From NCBI GenBank assembly GCA_964636685.1, contig CAZWUK010000001.1, forward strand, positions 36,053 through 100,052: DNA of 64,000 nt. Direction: 5' to 3'. How positions within the stretch are numbered: the first letter of the stretch is position 1; each line of letters begins with the position of its first letter. Positions 19,713-28,804 of the stretch are shown here, in pieces. Under the pieces are notes generated by a model. The model was not told the origin of the DNA and ran no database searches. It saw only the letters and a list, made by a program, of their open reading frames with translations. The DNA comes from an uncultured Oscillospiraceae bacterium (lineage in GTDB: Bacteria; Bacillota; Clostridia; Christensenellales; CAG-138). The position numbers and the translations under genes are program-made.

Positions 19713-20702
19713 TCAATTCACTCTGACGCGCGGATCAACGACGGCATACATGATGTCTGCCAGCATCAGCGACAGCTGCGTCAGGATGATTAAAAATGTC
19801 GTATAGAACATGGCGAACGGAATATCGCCGCGAATCATCGCGTCATAGGAGATATAGCCGATGCCGGGGATCTGGAACAGCGTTTCCGTAATCAGCGCGC
19901 CGCCAAACATCGACGGCAGCAGATAGCTCATATAGGTGACGAGCGGAATGAGCGTGTTGCGGAACGCGTGCTTGTTAATCACGACCTTCTCGGGAAGCCC
20001 CTTGGCGCGCGCGGTACGGATATAGTCCGCGCTCAGCACCTCCAGCATGTTGGTGCGCGTATAACGCATCAATCCGCCGATGGAAAGCATCATCAGTGTG
20101 ATGCAGGGCAGCACCAGATGGTTGCCGTAATCCAATATTTGCTGGAAAGAATTCATGGACGAATGGAAGCGTCCCGTCAATCCATACAAATCAAACCATC
20201 CGAGCTTGATCGAGAAGATATATTTCAAAATAGTAGCCAAAAAGAAAGTTGGCAGAGATATGCCCATCAACGCAAATACCGTGACAGCATAGTCCGTCTT
20301 GGAGTACTGTTTTCTGGCTGCCAGAATGCCCAAAGGAATGGCGATCACCACTTCTACCAGCAGTGTCACAATGTTCATCAGCACAGACCAGCCGATGACC
20401 TGATTGAATTTCTGCGTCACGGGAATGCCATACTGCCAGGACTCGCCGAAGTCGCCCTGAATGGCATTGCCGACCCACTTGAAAAAGCCGGGAATAATCC
20501 CAATATCCAGTCCGTAGACTGCGTTCAATTGCTCCATCCACTCCTGAAACGTTTTGTTGCTGGCAGGGTTAGATGCTCTTTGTCTTGCAATTGTCTCCAC
20601 ATAGGAGGAAGGAAGGCAGCGAATGACAGCATAAACGATCATCGCGCCGAAAAACGTGATGAACAAGCCCAATAACAGCCTTCTGATAACAAATTTTCGC
20701 AT
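19713..20702 (-). CDS. ABC transporter permease (OppB-like)
   Basis: 329 aa with MRKFVIRRLL N-terminus, YIRTARAKGL EAA-loop motif and 6 hydrophobic segments. Confidence 0.9.
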   Translation of the reverse strand: MRKFVIRRLLLGLFITFFGAMIVYAVIRCLPSSYVETIARQRASNPASNKTFQEWMEQLNAVYGLDIGIIPGFFKWVGNAIQGDFGESWQYGIPVTQKFNQVIGWSVLMNIVTLLVEVVIAIPLGILAARKQYSKTDYAVTVFALMGISLPTFFLATILKYIFSIKLGWFDLYGLTGRFHSSMNSFQQILDYGNHLVLPCITLMMLSIGGLMRYTRTNMLEVLSADYIRTARAKGLPEKVVINKHAFRNTLIPLVTYMSYLLPSMFGGALITETLFQIPGIGYISYDAMIRGDIPFAMFYTTFLIILTQLSLMLADIMYAVVDPRVRVN

Positions 20703-20758
20703 ATGCGATCCCTCTTTCTACCGTCGTACGCCATCAAGTTACACTGTAACCAAATCAT

Positions 20759-20797
20759 GAAAAAGGTTGTGCACCCACCCGAGGGCGGGTGCACAAC
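20759..20797 (-). terminator. Intra-operon hairpin/attenuating terminator after the binding-protein gene
   Basis: GTTGTGCACCCGCCC-tc-GGGTGGGTGCACAAC followed by CTTTTTC on the minus strand, 38 nt after the SBP stop. This is a common device for raising the SBP:permease ratio. Confidence 0.7.
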
Positions 20798-20835
20798 GGT
20801 TTCCTATTGGTTGAGTTTTACCTGCTTGGCAGAGC

Positions 20836-23292
20836 TTAGTTCATTTCCAGCAGTTCGATGTCGTGCATCCAGCCCCAGAAGGTTGTGATGTCCGGCGTCA
20901 GCGTGTCAAGGTTGATACGCTCCGTGCTGAAGACGATGCAGTTCTGACGCTGATAGGTCGGGAGTTCCACGGCCCAATCGGCAATGATGTCGAGGCACTG
21001 CTTGTAAACGCTCTTGCGGTAGCTCTGATCGTCGCTTGCGCGCGCATCCACGATCAGCTGATCCAGCTCTGCGGAACGGATGTGGTAGTGGTTCGAATCG
21101 GAACCGCCTTCGCCCACAACTCCGGAGCTATGGTAGACCTGGTACATATCAGGATCGATAGTGGCGCCCCAAGCGGCAGTCCACAGTTCCTGCGTGCCTG
21201 CGTCCAGAGCATCCCAGAGGATGGCGGAGTCGGACAGGTCGTTGATCTTGAAGTCGATGCCGATGGCTGTGAATGCTGCCTGTGCATCGGTCAGGATTGC
21301 AAATGCCGGATGGTCGCCGGTGCCGTCGCCCGGGATCATGCACTCGTAGCTGAGCTTTGCGCCATCGGGAGCTGCGGTGACCTTACCGTCTGCCACCGTG
21401 TAACCGGCTGCTTCAAAGAAGGTCAGCGCCGCGGCGGAGGCCGCTGCGTACTTCTCGTCTGCGCTCATGCCGGAGGTGTAGACTTCTGCACCGGTCGCGT
21501 CCACAGAGTACGCATTGCGGTAGCCTTCATCCGTCGGCTGGGGTGCTGCCCAAGAAGTGTTGGAGATGGGGTACTGAATGACGGAAGCAGCTTCGCCGTA
21601 GTAGGAGTCGATCGCGGTGTCACGATAGGCTGCCAGAACGGTCATGAGCGCTTTTCTCAGTGCCTTGGAAGCGTCGGAATCCGGTGCGCCCGCCACGTTG
21701 ACGGTGTCCGCATTGATGCCGATGTAGCCGTAACCGAGGTTATCGACCTTGCTGGTGGTGATCACGTCGCCCGTGATTTCGCCGTTGGAGTTGTAGCTTG
21801 CAACTTCTTCAAAGCGAGTACGGGAGCCGGTCATTTCGCCAGCGTCTGCGGTACCGGTCTGTACTGCGGAAGCAACTTCGCTATTGACGGTTTCCTTGAA
21901 CTGGATTTCCTTGATCTTCGGGCAACCCTTGTAATAGTTTTCGTTGGCTTCGTAGTAGATGACCTTATTCTCGTATTTGATGAACTTATAGGCGCCGGCG
22001 CCCAGAGGCTGGGTCGTCACAGCCTGCTGGCTGGACAGATCGCCAAAGTCAAAGCCATACTTGCCATTCTCGTAATCGTACTTTTCGGTGCTGCCGTAGT
22101 AGTGCATCGGCGCAACTTCGATACCGAGGATGGAGTAAACAGCGGGAGCGCTGTAACCGGTGGTCGTAATGGTCACAGTGTAATTATCGACCTTCTTGAT
22201 GCCGGTGATGGAAGCAACACCCGCACCCGCCATGGACTCGTCCTGCGGGCCATAGGTGGAGATGAACTGTGCATCCGCAGCCGCATGGACGTCCGTACCA
22301 TTGGCGGATTCCTTCGCGGCATAGGCGTCTACGCTGCCTTCGTAGGCCAGATAGGTTTCGTTGTAGTAATCTTCGATGGTCGGGAAGGTGGTGGTCAGAT
22401 CCCAGGTTTTGCCGGAATAAGCACCGGTGAAGGTGACGCCGTCATCGGCAAAGCCGCCGAAGCCCCACATAATCATACCAAACGCAATCTGCATGCCTTC
22501 GCTGGCATTGATCTCGTCTGCGGTATGACCAAAGTTGTCCGGGCCGTAATCGATGTAGTTATTCAGGACGTAGGAAACGATGCCCTGAACGTCTGCCATC
22601 CAGTTCGTCTTCACCAGTTCCCAATAACCGGTCTGCTGTGCTTCGGTCCAACCGTCTGCTTCGCTCCAGACATGGTCGGCGCCTGCCGCAAAGATATCTT
22701 TTGCCATCTGGGCATACTTTGCATAGACGTCGTCGCTGGTCTGGGTACGATAGTTGCGCAGGCCGACGATGTCATAGGAGGACAGCGTGGAGGAGCCTGC
22801 GTAGGAAGGATCCAGCAGCGTATACAGCGAGAAGATGATATCGTCCGCGGTGACGGGCACGCCATCGGAGAAGAGCAGGTCTTCGCGCAGCTTTGCGGTA
22901 TAGGTCGTCGTATCGGACGCCGCATCATACTCTACCTTCGTGTCGGCTGCGCCGGTGTAGAGATAATCCGTACCATTGTAGGAACGGGTCTCGCCCTCGA
23001 TCGCATTGAACACGATGCCGCCGACACGGTCGGTGGTGAGCATGGAAATCTGCGTCATCGCTTCAGCATCCACATCGTAGCCGGTATCGGCATAGAAGGG
23101 GCTGAATTTCTGAGAGAAGGGGCTATAAGCAACAACCAAGGGCGTGTTGTTCTCCTCGGGCGCCGTCGTGGGTTCCGTCGTGGCGACGTCGGTTCCCTTG
23201 TCGGAATCCGTTGCAGTCTTGCAGCCTGCAAATGCCATAACGAGCATACATGCAGCCATGAGAACTGCCAGTAACTTACTGAACTTCTTCAT
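20836..23292 (-). CDS. ABC transporter substrate-binding lipoprotein, family 5 (peptide/nickel type), unusually large (818 aa)
   Basis: Lipobox MAFAGC, Thr/Glu-rich linker and SBP_bac_5-like core motifs. The 803-aa plus-strand ORF opposite it is an antisense artefact. Confidence 0.85.
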   Translation of the reverse strand: MKKFSKLLAVLMAACMLVMAFAGCKTATDSDKGTDVATTEPTTAPEENNTPLVVAYSPFSQKFSPFYADTGYDVDAEAMTQISMLTTDRVGGIVFNAIEGETRSYNGTDYLYTGAADTKVEYDAASDTTTYTAKLREDLLFSDGVPVTADDIIFSLYTLLDPSYAGSSTLSSYDIVGLRNYRTQTSDDVYAKYAQMAKDIFAAGADHVWSEADGWTEAQQTGYWELVKTNWMADVQGIVSYVLNNYIDYGPDNFGHTADEINASEGMQIAFGMIMWGFGGFADDGVTFTGAYSGKTWDLTTTFPTIEDYYNETYLAYEGSVDAYAAKESANGTDVHAAADAQFISTYGPQDESMAGAGVASITGIKKVDNYTVTITTTGYSAPAVYSILGIEVAPMHYYGSTEKYDYENGKYGFDFGDLSSQQAVTTQPLGAGAYKFIKYENKVIYYEANENYYKGCPKIKEIQFKETVNSEVASAVQTGTADAGEMTGSRTRFEEVASYNSNGEITGDVITTSKVDNLGYGYIGINADTVNVAGAPDSDASKALRKALMTVLAAYRDTAIDSYYGEAASVIQYPISNTSWAAPQPTDEGYRNAYSVDATGAEVYTSGMSADEKYAAASAAALTFFEAAGYTVADGKVTAAPDGAKLSYECMIPGDGTGDHPAFAILTDAQAAFTAIGIDFKINDLSDSAILWDALDAGTQELWTAAWGATIDPDMYQVYHSSGVVGEGGSDSNHYHIRSAELDQLIVDARASDDQSYRKSVYKQCLDIIADWAVELPTYQRQNCIVFSTERINLDTLTPDITTFWGWMHDIELLEMN

Positions 23293-23315
23293 CTTGTTTC
23301 CTCCTTAATAGTTTG

Positions 23316-23341
23316 ATGGCATTGTATTTTTGAATACAATG
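23316..23341. promoter_or_regulatory. Perfect 11-bp/4-nt-spacer palindrome overlapping the predicted opp transcription start (candidate operator)
   Basis: GGCATTGTATT-tttg-AATACAATGCC, located 2-27 nt downstream of the -10 hexamer. Confidence 0.5.
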
Positions 23342-23342
23342 C

Positions 23343-23371
23343 CGATTATATTCGAATCCATGAAGGTTGTC
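23343..23371 (-). promoter_or_regulatory. Consensus sigmaA promoter of the opp-type operon (TTGACA-17-TATAAT)
   Basis: Reverse complement of 23366-23371 is TTGACA and of 23343-23348 is TATAAT, with exact 17-nt spacing, about 50 nt upstream of the SBP ATG. Confidence 0.75.
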
Positions 23372-23421
23372 AATGGCATACCCTGCCGTTTTGCCGCATT
23401 TTTGAAAAAAAATATATTCTT

Positions 23422-23982
23422 TTAACCGTCGCTTTTCTCAGTTTCTTCGACGCTTTCTATTCGAATTCGACTGCGGGTAAACAGCATCAAATAGCACAGC
23501 GCCGCGGTCAACGCCTCCAGTCCGAAGCAGGTCAATTCCAGAAACGGCGCCTCGCTTTTGACGGCGAGCAAAAAGATCAGCTCGCCCAGCGCGCACATGC
23601 CGGACAGGATCATGCCGCCAAGGCTCGACGGGCGAATCCTGTCGTAGGACACGCCGACCTCGTCGCGCGTCATCCGCTTTTTTTCAGTCGGGAGCCGCAA
23701 AACGGAAAACATCATGTACAGCAGCGGAAAAAAGGCGGCGACATACGGCACGGCGATGTAGAATTGATACATGCCGGCGTTGGTAAAGCATCCTGCGCCA
23801 ATCTGCGCGAGCACCGCGCCAATACCGATCAAGAGGCTGTTGTTGCGATAGTTCTTGATGCTCTCGCCGTCCAGCTTGACCGTAAAATACGCTCCTTTGT
23901 ATCTGGCTTTTTTTCGCTCTTTCCCCTTTTCGTCCACCTCGACGACGGTTTCATAATCATCCGCATAGCGGTTCAGCTTCAT
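23422..23982 (-). CDS. Integral membrane protein (about 4 TM), unknown function
   Basis: 186-aa ORF with a charged N-terminal ~45 aa followed by hydrophobic helices. Confidence 0.55.
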   Translation of the reverse strand: MKLNRYADDYETVVEVDEKGKERKKARYKGAYFTVKLDGESIKNYRNNSLLIGIGAVLAQIGAGCFTNAGMYQFYIAVPYVAAFFPLLYMMFSVLRLPTEKKRMTRDEVGVSYDRIRPSSLGGMILSGMCALGELIFLLAVKSEAPFLELTCFGLEALTAALCYLMLFTRSRIRIESVEETEKSDG

Positions 23983-24067
23983 TCCCGTTCTCCCGTTTCC
24001 CTATTTTTATAGGAAGTATAGCACGTTTTTCTTGCGGCGCAAATACGCATGTGGTATATTGCTGCAT

Positions 24068-25312
24068 ATGGAAACGGAAAAAATGCCCCTTTGGACAAAG
24101 GATTTTACAATTATCACGCTCGGCACGGTCGTCTCTATGTTTGGGAACGCCGTCTCCGGGTTCGCTATCGGACTTTTGGTGCTCGATTATACGAGCTCCG
24201 TTTTTCTCTACGCGCTGTTCATGGTCTGCTATTCTCTGCCGCGTATCGTACTGCCGCTGCTTGCCGGGCCATACCTCGACCGCTTCTCCAGAAAACGCGT
24301 CATCTACATGCTCGACTTCTTTTCGTGTGGTCTATACGTGTTGTTCTTCCTATTTATATATAACGGTCTGTTTGACTACACGCTTTTTCTGCTGCTCGCC
24401 ATGATCGTGGGCGCGGTGGACAGCGTGTATTCGGTCGCTTATGAGAGCCTGTATCCAACGCTGATTTCCAAGGGCAACTTTTCGCGCGCCTATTCCATCG
24501 CGAGTCTCATCTATCCGCTTGCCAACACCATTATGGTGCCGATCGCGGGCGTATGCTATTCCACGATCGGGCTTGCGCCGCTGTTTTTGTTCAACGCAGC
24601 GTCTTTCTTGATCGCCGCGATTTTTGAAACGCGCATCAAAGCGCCCGAGCAGCACGCCGAAAAACGCGCAGGGCAGACATTCCGTCTTTCCCAATTCGTA
24701 TCCGATTTTCGGGACGGACTTTCCTATTTGAAAAACGAGCGGGGGCTTGCGACCATCACAAAATACTTCTTTGTGACGACGCTTTGCAGCAGCATCGCCG
24801 GAACGCTCGTGCTTCCCTATTTTAAGAGCGCCGCGACGCCGCTGGGCGTTGAGCATTACACGTGGCTCATGTCCATCTCCACCGTGGGGCGCCTTTTAGG
24901 CGGACTGATCCACTACAAGTTCCGCTATCCCGTGCAAAAGAAATTTGCCATCGCCCTGACGGTCTATATTACGCTGTCGTTTTTGGACGGCGCGTACCTG
25001 TATCTGCCTTACGCCGTCATGCTGCTGTTTCACTTCCTGTCGGGACTGTTTGCCGTGACCAGCTACAATATCCGCATCTCCAGCACGCAGAGCTATCTCA
25101 GCGACGATATGCGCGGACGGTTCAACGGCATCTTCCAGATGCTGAATATCCTAGGCGGCATCATCGGACAGCTGCTTGCCGGCGCTTTGGGCGAAGTGCT
25201 GCCGGTACGCGAGCTGATCGCCGGCGCGATGGTCGTCAACCTCATCGGCATCTTTGCGATCATGGTACGCGGTCGGGAAGGCGTCAAGAAGATCTACAAT
25301 GTCGAGGTATGA
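24068..25312 (+). CDS. MFS transporter
   Basis: About 414 aa with 12 hydrophobic segments and the motif LAGPYLDRFSRKRV between TM2 and TM3. Start is uncertain (ATG 24068 or 24083; the track start 24032 is TTG). Confidence 0.8.
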   Translation: METEKMPLWTKDFTIITLGTVVSMFGNAVSGFAIGLLVLDYTSSVFLYALFMVCYSLPRIVLPLLAGPYLDRFSRKRVIYMLDFFSCGLYVLFFLFIYNGLFDYTLFLLLAMIVGAVDSVYSVAYESLYPTLISKGNFSRAYSIASLIYPLANTIMVPIAGVCYSTIGLAPLFLFNAASFLIAAIFETRIKAPEQHAEKRAGQTFRLSQFVSDFRDGLSYLKNERGLATITKYFFVTTLCSSIAGTLVLPYFKSAATPLGVEHYTWLMSISTVGRLLGGLIHYKFRYPVQKKFAIALTVYITLSFLDGAYLYLPYAVMLLFHFLSGLFAVTSYNIRISSTQSYLSDDMRGRFNGIFQMLNILGGIIGQLLAGALGEVLPVRELIAGAMVVNLIGIFAIMVRGREGVKKIYNVEV

Positions 25313-25414
25313 CGCGTTTTTTCAAAACGGATCGATCACCTTTGGTTTTTTGTGTTAGAATAATGAAGAAATGCAAGCCTGCTTCGCGGGCACAAAGCAT
25401 ATGGAGGTAACAAT

Positions 25415-26530
25415 ATGTTTGATCCGAGAATCAAAAAGCTGGCCAGCGGTCTGGTCAATTTCTCCTGCGGTCTGAAAAAGAGCGAAAACATCCTCATTGA
25501 AAGCATCGGCGGCAATGAAGATCTGACGCGTGCGCTCATCAAAGAGGTCTATGCAGTCGGCGGCAATCCCTTCCTGTGGCTTGGCGACAAGGCGATGGAT
25601 CGCGAGCTTGTCCTGGGCTGCAACGTGGAGCAGCTCAAGCAGCACGCCGCATGGGACGCGGCCGTCATGAGCGGCATGGACGCCTATATCGGCGTGCGTG
25701 GCGGCAGCAATTCCAGTGAGATGGCGGACGTGCCCTCCGACAAGATGAACGACTACATGAAGTACTATTGGACGCCGGTGCACGGTCAGATTCGCGTGCC
25801 CAAAACCAAGTGGGTCATTCTCCGTTACCCGAGTCCGTCCATGGCGCAGCTTGCGGACATGAGCACCGAAGCGTTTGAAGATTACTATTTCAACGTCTGC
25901 TGCCTCGACTACTCCAAGATGGACAAGGCGATGGACAGCCTGAAGGCGCTGATGGAACGCACGGACAAGGTGCGTTTGGTTGGCCCCGGCACCGATCTGC
26001 ATTTTTCCATCAAGGATCTGCCCGCCATCAAGTGCGCGGGTCACATGAACATTCCCGACGGCGAAATCTACACCGCGCCCGTCAAAAACAGCGTCAACGG
26101 TACGATCTCCTACAATACCCCGTCGCTGGAAAACGGCTTCACCTATACGGACATCCGCTTCACCTTCAAGGACGGCAGGATCGTGGAAGCAACCTCCAAC
26201 GACAACGAGCGCATCAACGCGCAGCTTGACATCGACGAAGGCGCGCGCTACGTCGGCGAATTTGCCATCGGCGTCAATCCCTACATCAACACGCCCATGA
26301 AGGATACGCTCTTTGACGAGAAGATCGCCGGCTCCATCCACTTTACGCCCGGCTCCTGCTATGACGATTGCTACAACGGCAATAAGTCGAGCCAGCACTG
26401 GGATCTTGTGCTGATTCAAACGCCGGAATACGGCGGCGGCGAGATCTATTTCGACGATGTGCTCATCCGCAAAAACGGCCGGTTCGTCCTGCCGGAATTG
26501 GATTGTCTGAATCCTGAAAACCTGAAATAA
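25415..26530 (+). CDS. Aminopeptidase, M29 family (AmpS/PepS-like)
   Basis: 371 aa, with the overall pattern MFDPRIKKLA...NIPDGEIYTAP...GEFAIGVNP...DEKIAGSIHFTPG typical of M29 thermophilic metalloaminopeptidases. Confidence 0.85.
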   Translation: MFDPRIKKLASGLVNFSCGLKKSENILIESIGGNEDLTRALIKEVYAVGGNPFLWLGDKAMDRELVLGCNVEQLKQHAAWDAAVMSGMDAYIGVRGGSNSSEMADVPSDKMNDYMKYYWTPVHGQIRVPKTKWVILRYPSPSMAQLADMSTEAFEDYYFNVCCLDYSKMDKAMDSLKALMERTDKVRLVGPGTDLHFSIKDLPAIKCAGHMNIPDGEIYTAPVKNSVNGTISYNTPSLENGFTYTDIRFTFKDGRIVEATSNDNERINAQLDIDEGARYVGEFAIGVNPYINTPMKDTLFDEKIAGSIHFTPGSCYDDCYNGNKSSQHWDLVLIQTPEYGGGEIYFDDVLIRKNGRFVLPELDCLNPENLK

Positions 26531-26553
26531 GAAAACCGTCCCGCTTAAATTAA

Positions 26554-26584
26554 GGGGCTGTAGCTTTTCCTTTGCTACAGCCCC
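26554..26584. terminator. Bidirectional terminator between the convergent M29 aminopeptidase and AAC(3)-like genes
   Basis: GGGGCTGTAGC-ttttccttt-GCTACAGCCCC followed by TTGTTTG. Confidence 0.75.
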
Positions 26585-26605
26585 TTGTTTGTCGCAAGCG
26601 CTGCG

Positions 26606-27499
26606 TTATCGCTTGCAGATTTTTTCCGGATCCACACATGCCCAGATGGCGGTATCCTCGCGGCCCGCGCCGTCCACATAGTCCCGATATGCCTCTTTTC
26701 CGTCCGGGAGAACCACGAGCTTCTCATCCTGACAGAAAATCCACGGATCAAGCGGATATCGATACAGGATGGATTCGATCAGATCCCGCATGTGAAATAC
26801 GCGGATTACGGCATTGCCGATCGTGGTGATCTGCACCTTGCCCGCCTGCTCCAGCCACAGCCCCAGCTTGTTGAAATCATGCGGGTGCTCATAGTAATCG
26901 CCGGACAGGGTTGGCTTTGGCTGATAGTCCGTCATGATGCGATCCTCGAGCGTACCGTCGGGAAGCCGGAGCTTGACGCTTCGCTCGATCGTGTGCCGAT
27001 CGGGTACCTGCAACAAGTATTCGCCAAAATGATGGCTGGTGGAGTTGACGTAGGTCACGCCGGCAAGCACGACCTTGGTGTCAAGCGCGAGCATTCTGCC
27101 AAAAATGCTGCGCATGTCAAACACCGGAAGATATGGGTCAACCTCCGTCAAAAGCTTTGCGGATTTCCCGATCGCTGAAAAGCTGTGGCGGTACGCGATG
27201 CTGCGCTTTGCCCCCGGCAAACGCCGCACGGCTTCGCTGATGGCGCCCATTTCGGAAGGATCGTTTTGGGGATCGATCACGGGAGTCTCCTCAAGCTCAT
27301 GGATAAAGCAAAAAGCGGGCGCAACCGCCGTTCCCGCTTCCTTTCCAACGGCTTCACAAAGCGCCTTGGCAATCGTAACCCCGCCGTCCTCTACATAGCC
27401 AAACGGACGCAGCGCCGACTGGATCAGCACCGTATCTCCGGGAACGATCCCCGCATCTTGAAATCCCTGCAACGCATCCATATAGCGCACCTGCTGCAT
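26606..27499 (-). CDS. AAC(3)/Antibiotic_NAT-fold acetyltransferase homolog (divergent)
   Basis: 297 aa: GIVPGDTVLIQSAL....GGVTIAKALCEAVGKEAGT...P.F; MGAISEAVRRLPGAKRS..YRHSFSAIGKSA; VVLAGVTYVNSTSHHFGE. This is the same block order as aminoglycoside 3-N-acetyltransferases/YokD, but HSS is replaced by QSA and there is a C-terminal extension. Confidence 0.7.
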   Translation of the reverse strand: MQQVRYMDALQGFQDAGIVPGDTVLIQSALRPFGYVEDGGVTIAKALCEAVGKEAGTAVAPAFCFIHELEETPVIDPQNDPSEMGAISEAVRRLPGAKRSIAYRHSFSAIGKSAKLLTEVDPYLPVFDMRSIFGRMLALDTKVVLAGVTYVNSTSHHFGEYLLQVPDRHTIERSVKLRLPDGTLEDRIMTDYQPKPTLSGDYYEHPHDFNKLGLWLEQAGKVQITTIGNAVIRVFHMRDLIESILYRYPLDPWIFCQDEKLVVLPDGKEAYRDYVDGAGREDTAIWACVDPEKICKR

Positions 27500-27540
27500 T
27501 TCTTCTTCTCCTAATTTTACAATACCGTTCTATTATGCAG

Positions 27541-27569
27541 GATGTTGTCGCCTGGCGCAATACAGAAAA
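27541..27569 (-). promoter_or_regulatory. Candidate own promoter of the AAC(3)-like gene (TTGCGC-17-CATAAT)
   Basis: Reverse complement of 27564-27569 and 27541-27546, 17-nt spacing, downstream of the kamA terminator. Confidence 0.4.
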
Positions 27570-27610
27570 AAACCGTTCTTTTGCGACGCGCGATTGGTTT
27601 TGATAGGCAG

Positions 27611-27645
27611 CAAAAAGGTCTGCCGAAAAACGTCAGCAGACCTTT
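27611..27645 (-). terminator. Intrinsic terminator after the KamA-family gene
   Basis: AAAGGTCTGC-tgacgtttttcg-GCAGACCTTT followed by TTGCTGCC on the minus strand, 32 nt after the stop; the run of Ts is formed by the last three stem bases plus two more (GCAGACCTTTTTG). Confidence 0.75.
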
Positions 27646-27676
27646 GTCGCGTTCTGACAGGTTGTCTGGGGTGCAG

Positions 27677-28792
27677 TCAGGCGTCGCCGTCCTGCAACGG
27701 CTGCGGATAGCGGAACTGCTTCCCTTCATAGTTTTCGAGTACGACCTCGCGATCGTTTTTCTCGATCACATAATTGTAATTGATCGGAACCTTGCCGCCG
27801 CCGCCCGGCGCGTCGATAACGTACTTCGGCACAGCGTACCCGGAAATATTACCGGTGAGCGCGTGCATGATATGAATCCCCGTCTCCACCGTCGTGCGGA
27901 AATGGCTGATGCCGCGCGACAGATCGCACTGATAGAGATAGTACGGACGCACCCGCATATGCACCAGCCCCAGCAGCAGCCGTTTCATCGTCTCGGGATC
28001 GTCGTTGATCCCCTTGAGCAGCACGCTCTGGTTGCCCAGCGGAATCCCCGCGTCCACGATCGCCGCACAGGCTCGCCGGCTGTCGGGGGTCAGCTCATTG
28101 GGGTGGTTAAAATGCGTGTTGATCCAGATCGGCTGGTACTTTTTGAGCATCTCCAGCAATTCCTCGGTGATGCGCATCGGCAGCACCACCGGTACCCGCG
28201 TTCCGATACGGATAATGTCCACATGTGGAATCTCGCGGATGGAGGCAATGATATGCTCCAGCTTCTCCGTCCCCATCACAAGCGGATCGCCGCCGGAGAT
28301 CAGCACGTCGCGGATCTCGGTGTGCGCCCGGATATAGGCAAGCGCTGTCTGGAGACTCTTTTCCGTAATGATCCGATCCTCCTCGCCCACCACGCGCCGC
28401 CGGGTGCAATGCCGGCAGTACATCGAGCAGCGCAGCGTCACAAGAAACAGTACCCGATCCGGATAGCGATGCACAATATGCGGTACGGGGCTGTCTCCCA
28501 GCTCGTTGAGCGGATCGGAAAGATCGTTTGCACACGGCGCCGTCTCCAAAATGGACGGCACGCACTGCATGCGGATCGGATCGTTGGGATCGTCCGGGTT
28601 GATTAACGAAGCATAGTAGGGCGTGATCGCCATGCGAAAGCTTTCAAGGCATTTTGCAATGTCCGCCTTTTCGCCATCTGCCAGCGGCAGAATCTTGGAG
28701 AGCGCGTCCGCATTCGTGATGCGATGGGCAAACTGCCACTTCCAATCGTTCCAGCCCGGGTTTTCCAAAAGGCTCGTCATGCGTCCCTGCAT
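27677..28792 (-). CDS. KamA-family radical SAM aminomutase, lysine-2,3-aminomutase type, short form lacking the C-terminal zinc motif
   Basis: 371 aa with CSMYCRHC cluster motif, WNDWKWQ N-terminus, SGGDPL and NTHFNHPNE motifs. QCDLS and IDAPGGGGK retain both Asp residues that bind the lysine epsilon-amine in C. subterminale LAM (D293, D330). The protein ends before the CxCxxC motif. Confidence 0.85.
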   Translation of the reverse strand: MQGRMTSLLENPGWNDWKWQFAHRITNADALSKILPLADGEKADIAKCLESFRMAITPYYASLINPDDPNDPIRMQCVPSILETAPCANDLSDPLNELGDSPVPHIVHRYPDRVLFLVTLRCSMYCRHCTRRRVVGEEDRIITEKSLQTALAYIRAHTEIRDVLISGGDPLVMGTEKLEHIIASIREIPHVDIIRIGTRVPVVLPMRITEELLEMLKKYQPIWINTHFNHPNELTPDSRRACAAIVDAGIPLGNQSVLLKGINDDPETMKRLLLGLVHMRVRPYYLYQCDLSRGISHFRTTVETGIHIMHALTGNISGYAVPKYVIDAPGGGGKVPINYNYVIEKNDREVVLENYEGKQFRYPQPLQDGDA

Positions 28793-28804
28793 ACGATCGC
28801 CCCC

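Noticed and set aside
20863-23274. 803-aa plus-strand ORF opposite the substrate-binding protein gene. Similar long antisense ORFs occur at 60200-62476 (758 aa), 48509-50194 (561 aa), 50622-52028, 52406-53782, 25355-26419, 41727-42770, 10425-11465, 12649-13674, 31664-32722 and 32889-34217.
   Set aside because: All are Arg/Gly/His/Ala-rich, low-complexity translations with no motifs. Each lies exactly antisense to a gene with unmistakable family motifs. Long stop-free antisense frames are expected in high-GC coding DNA.
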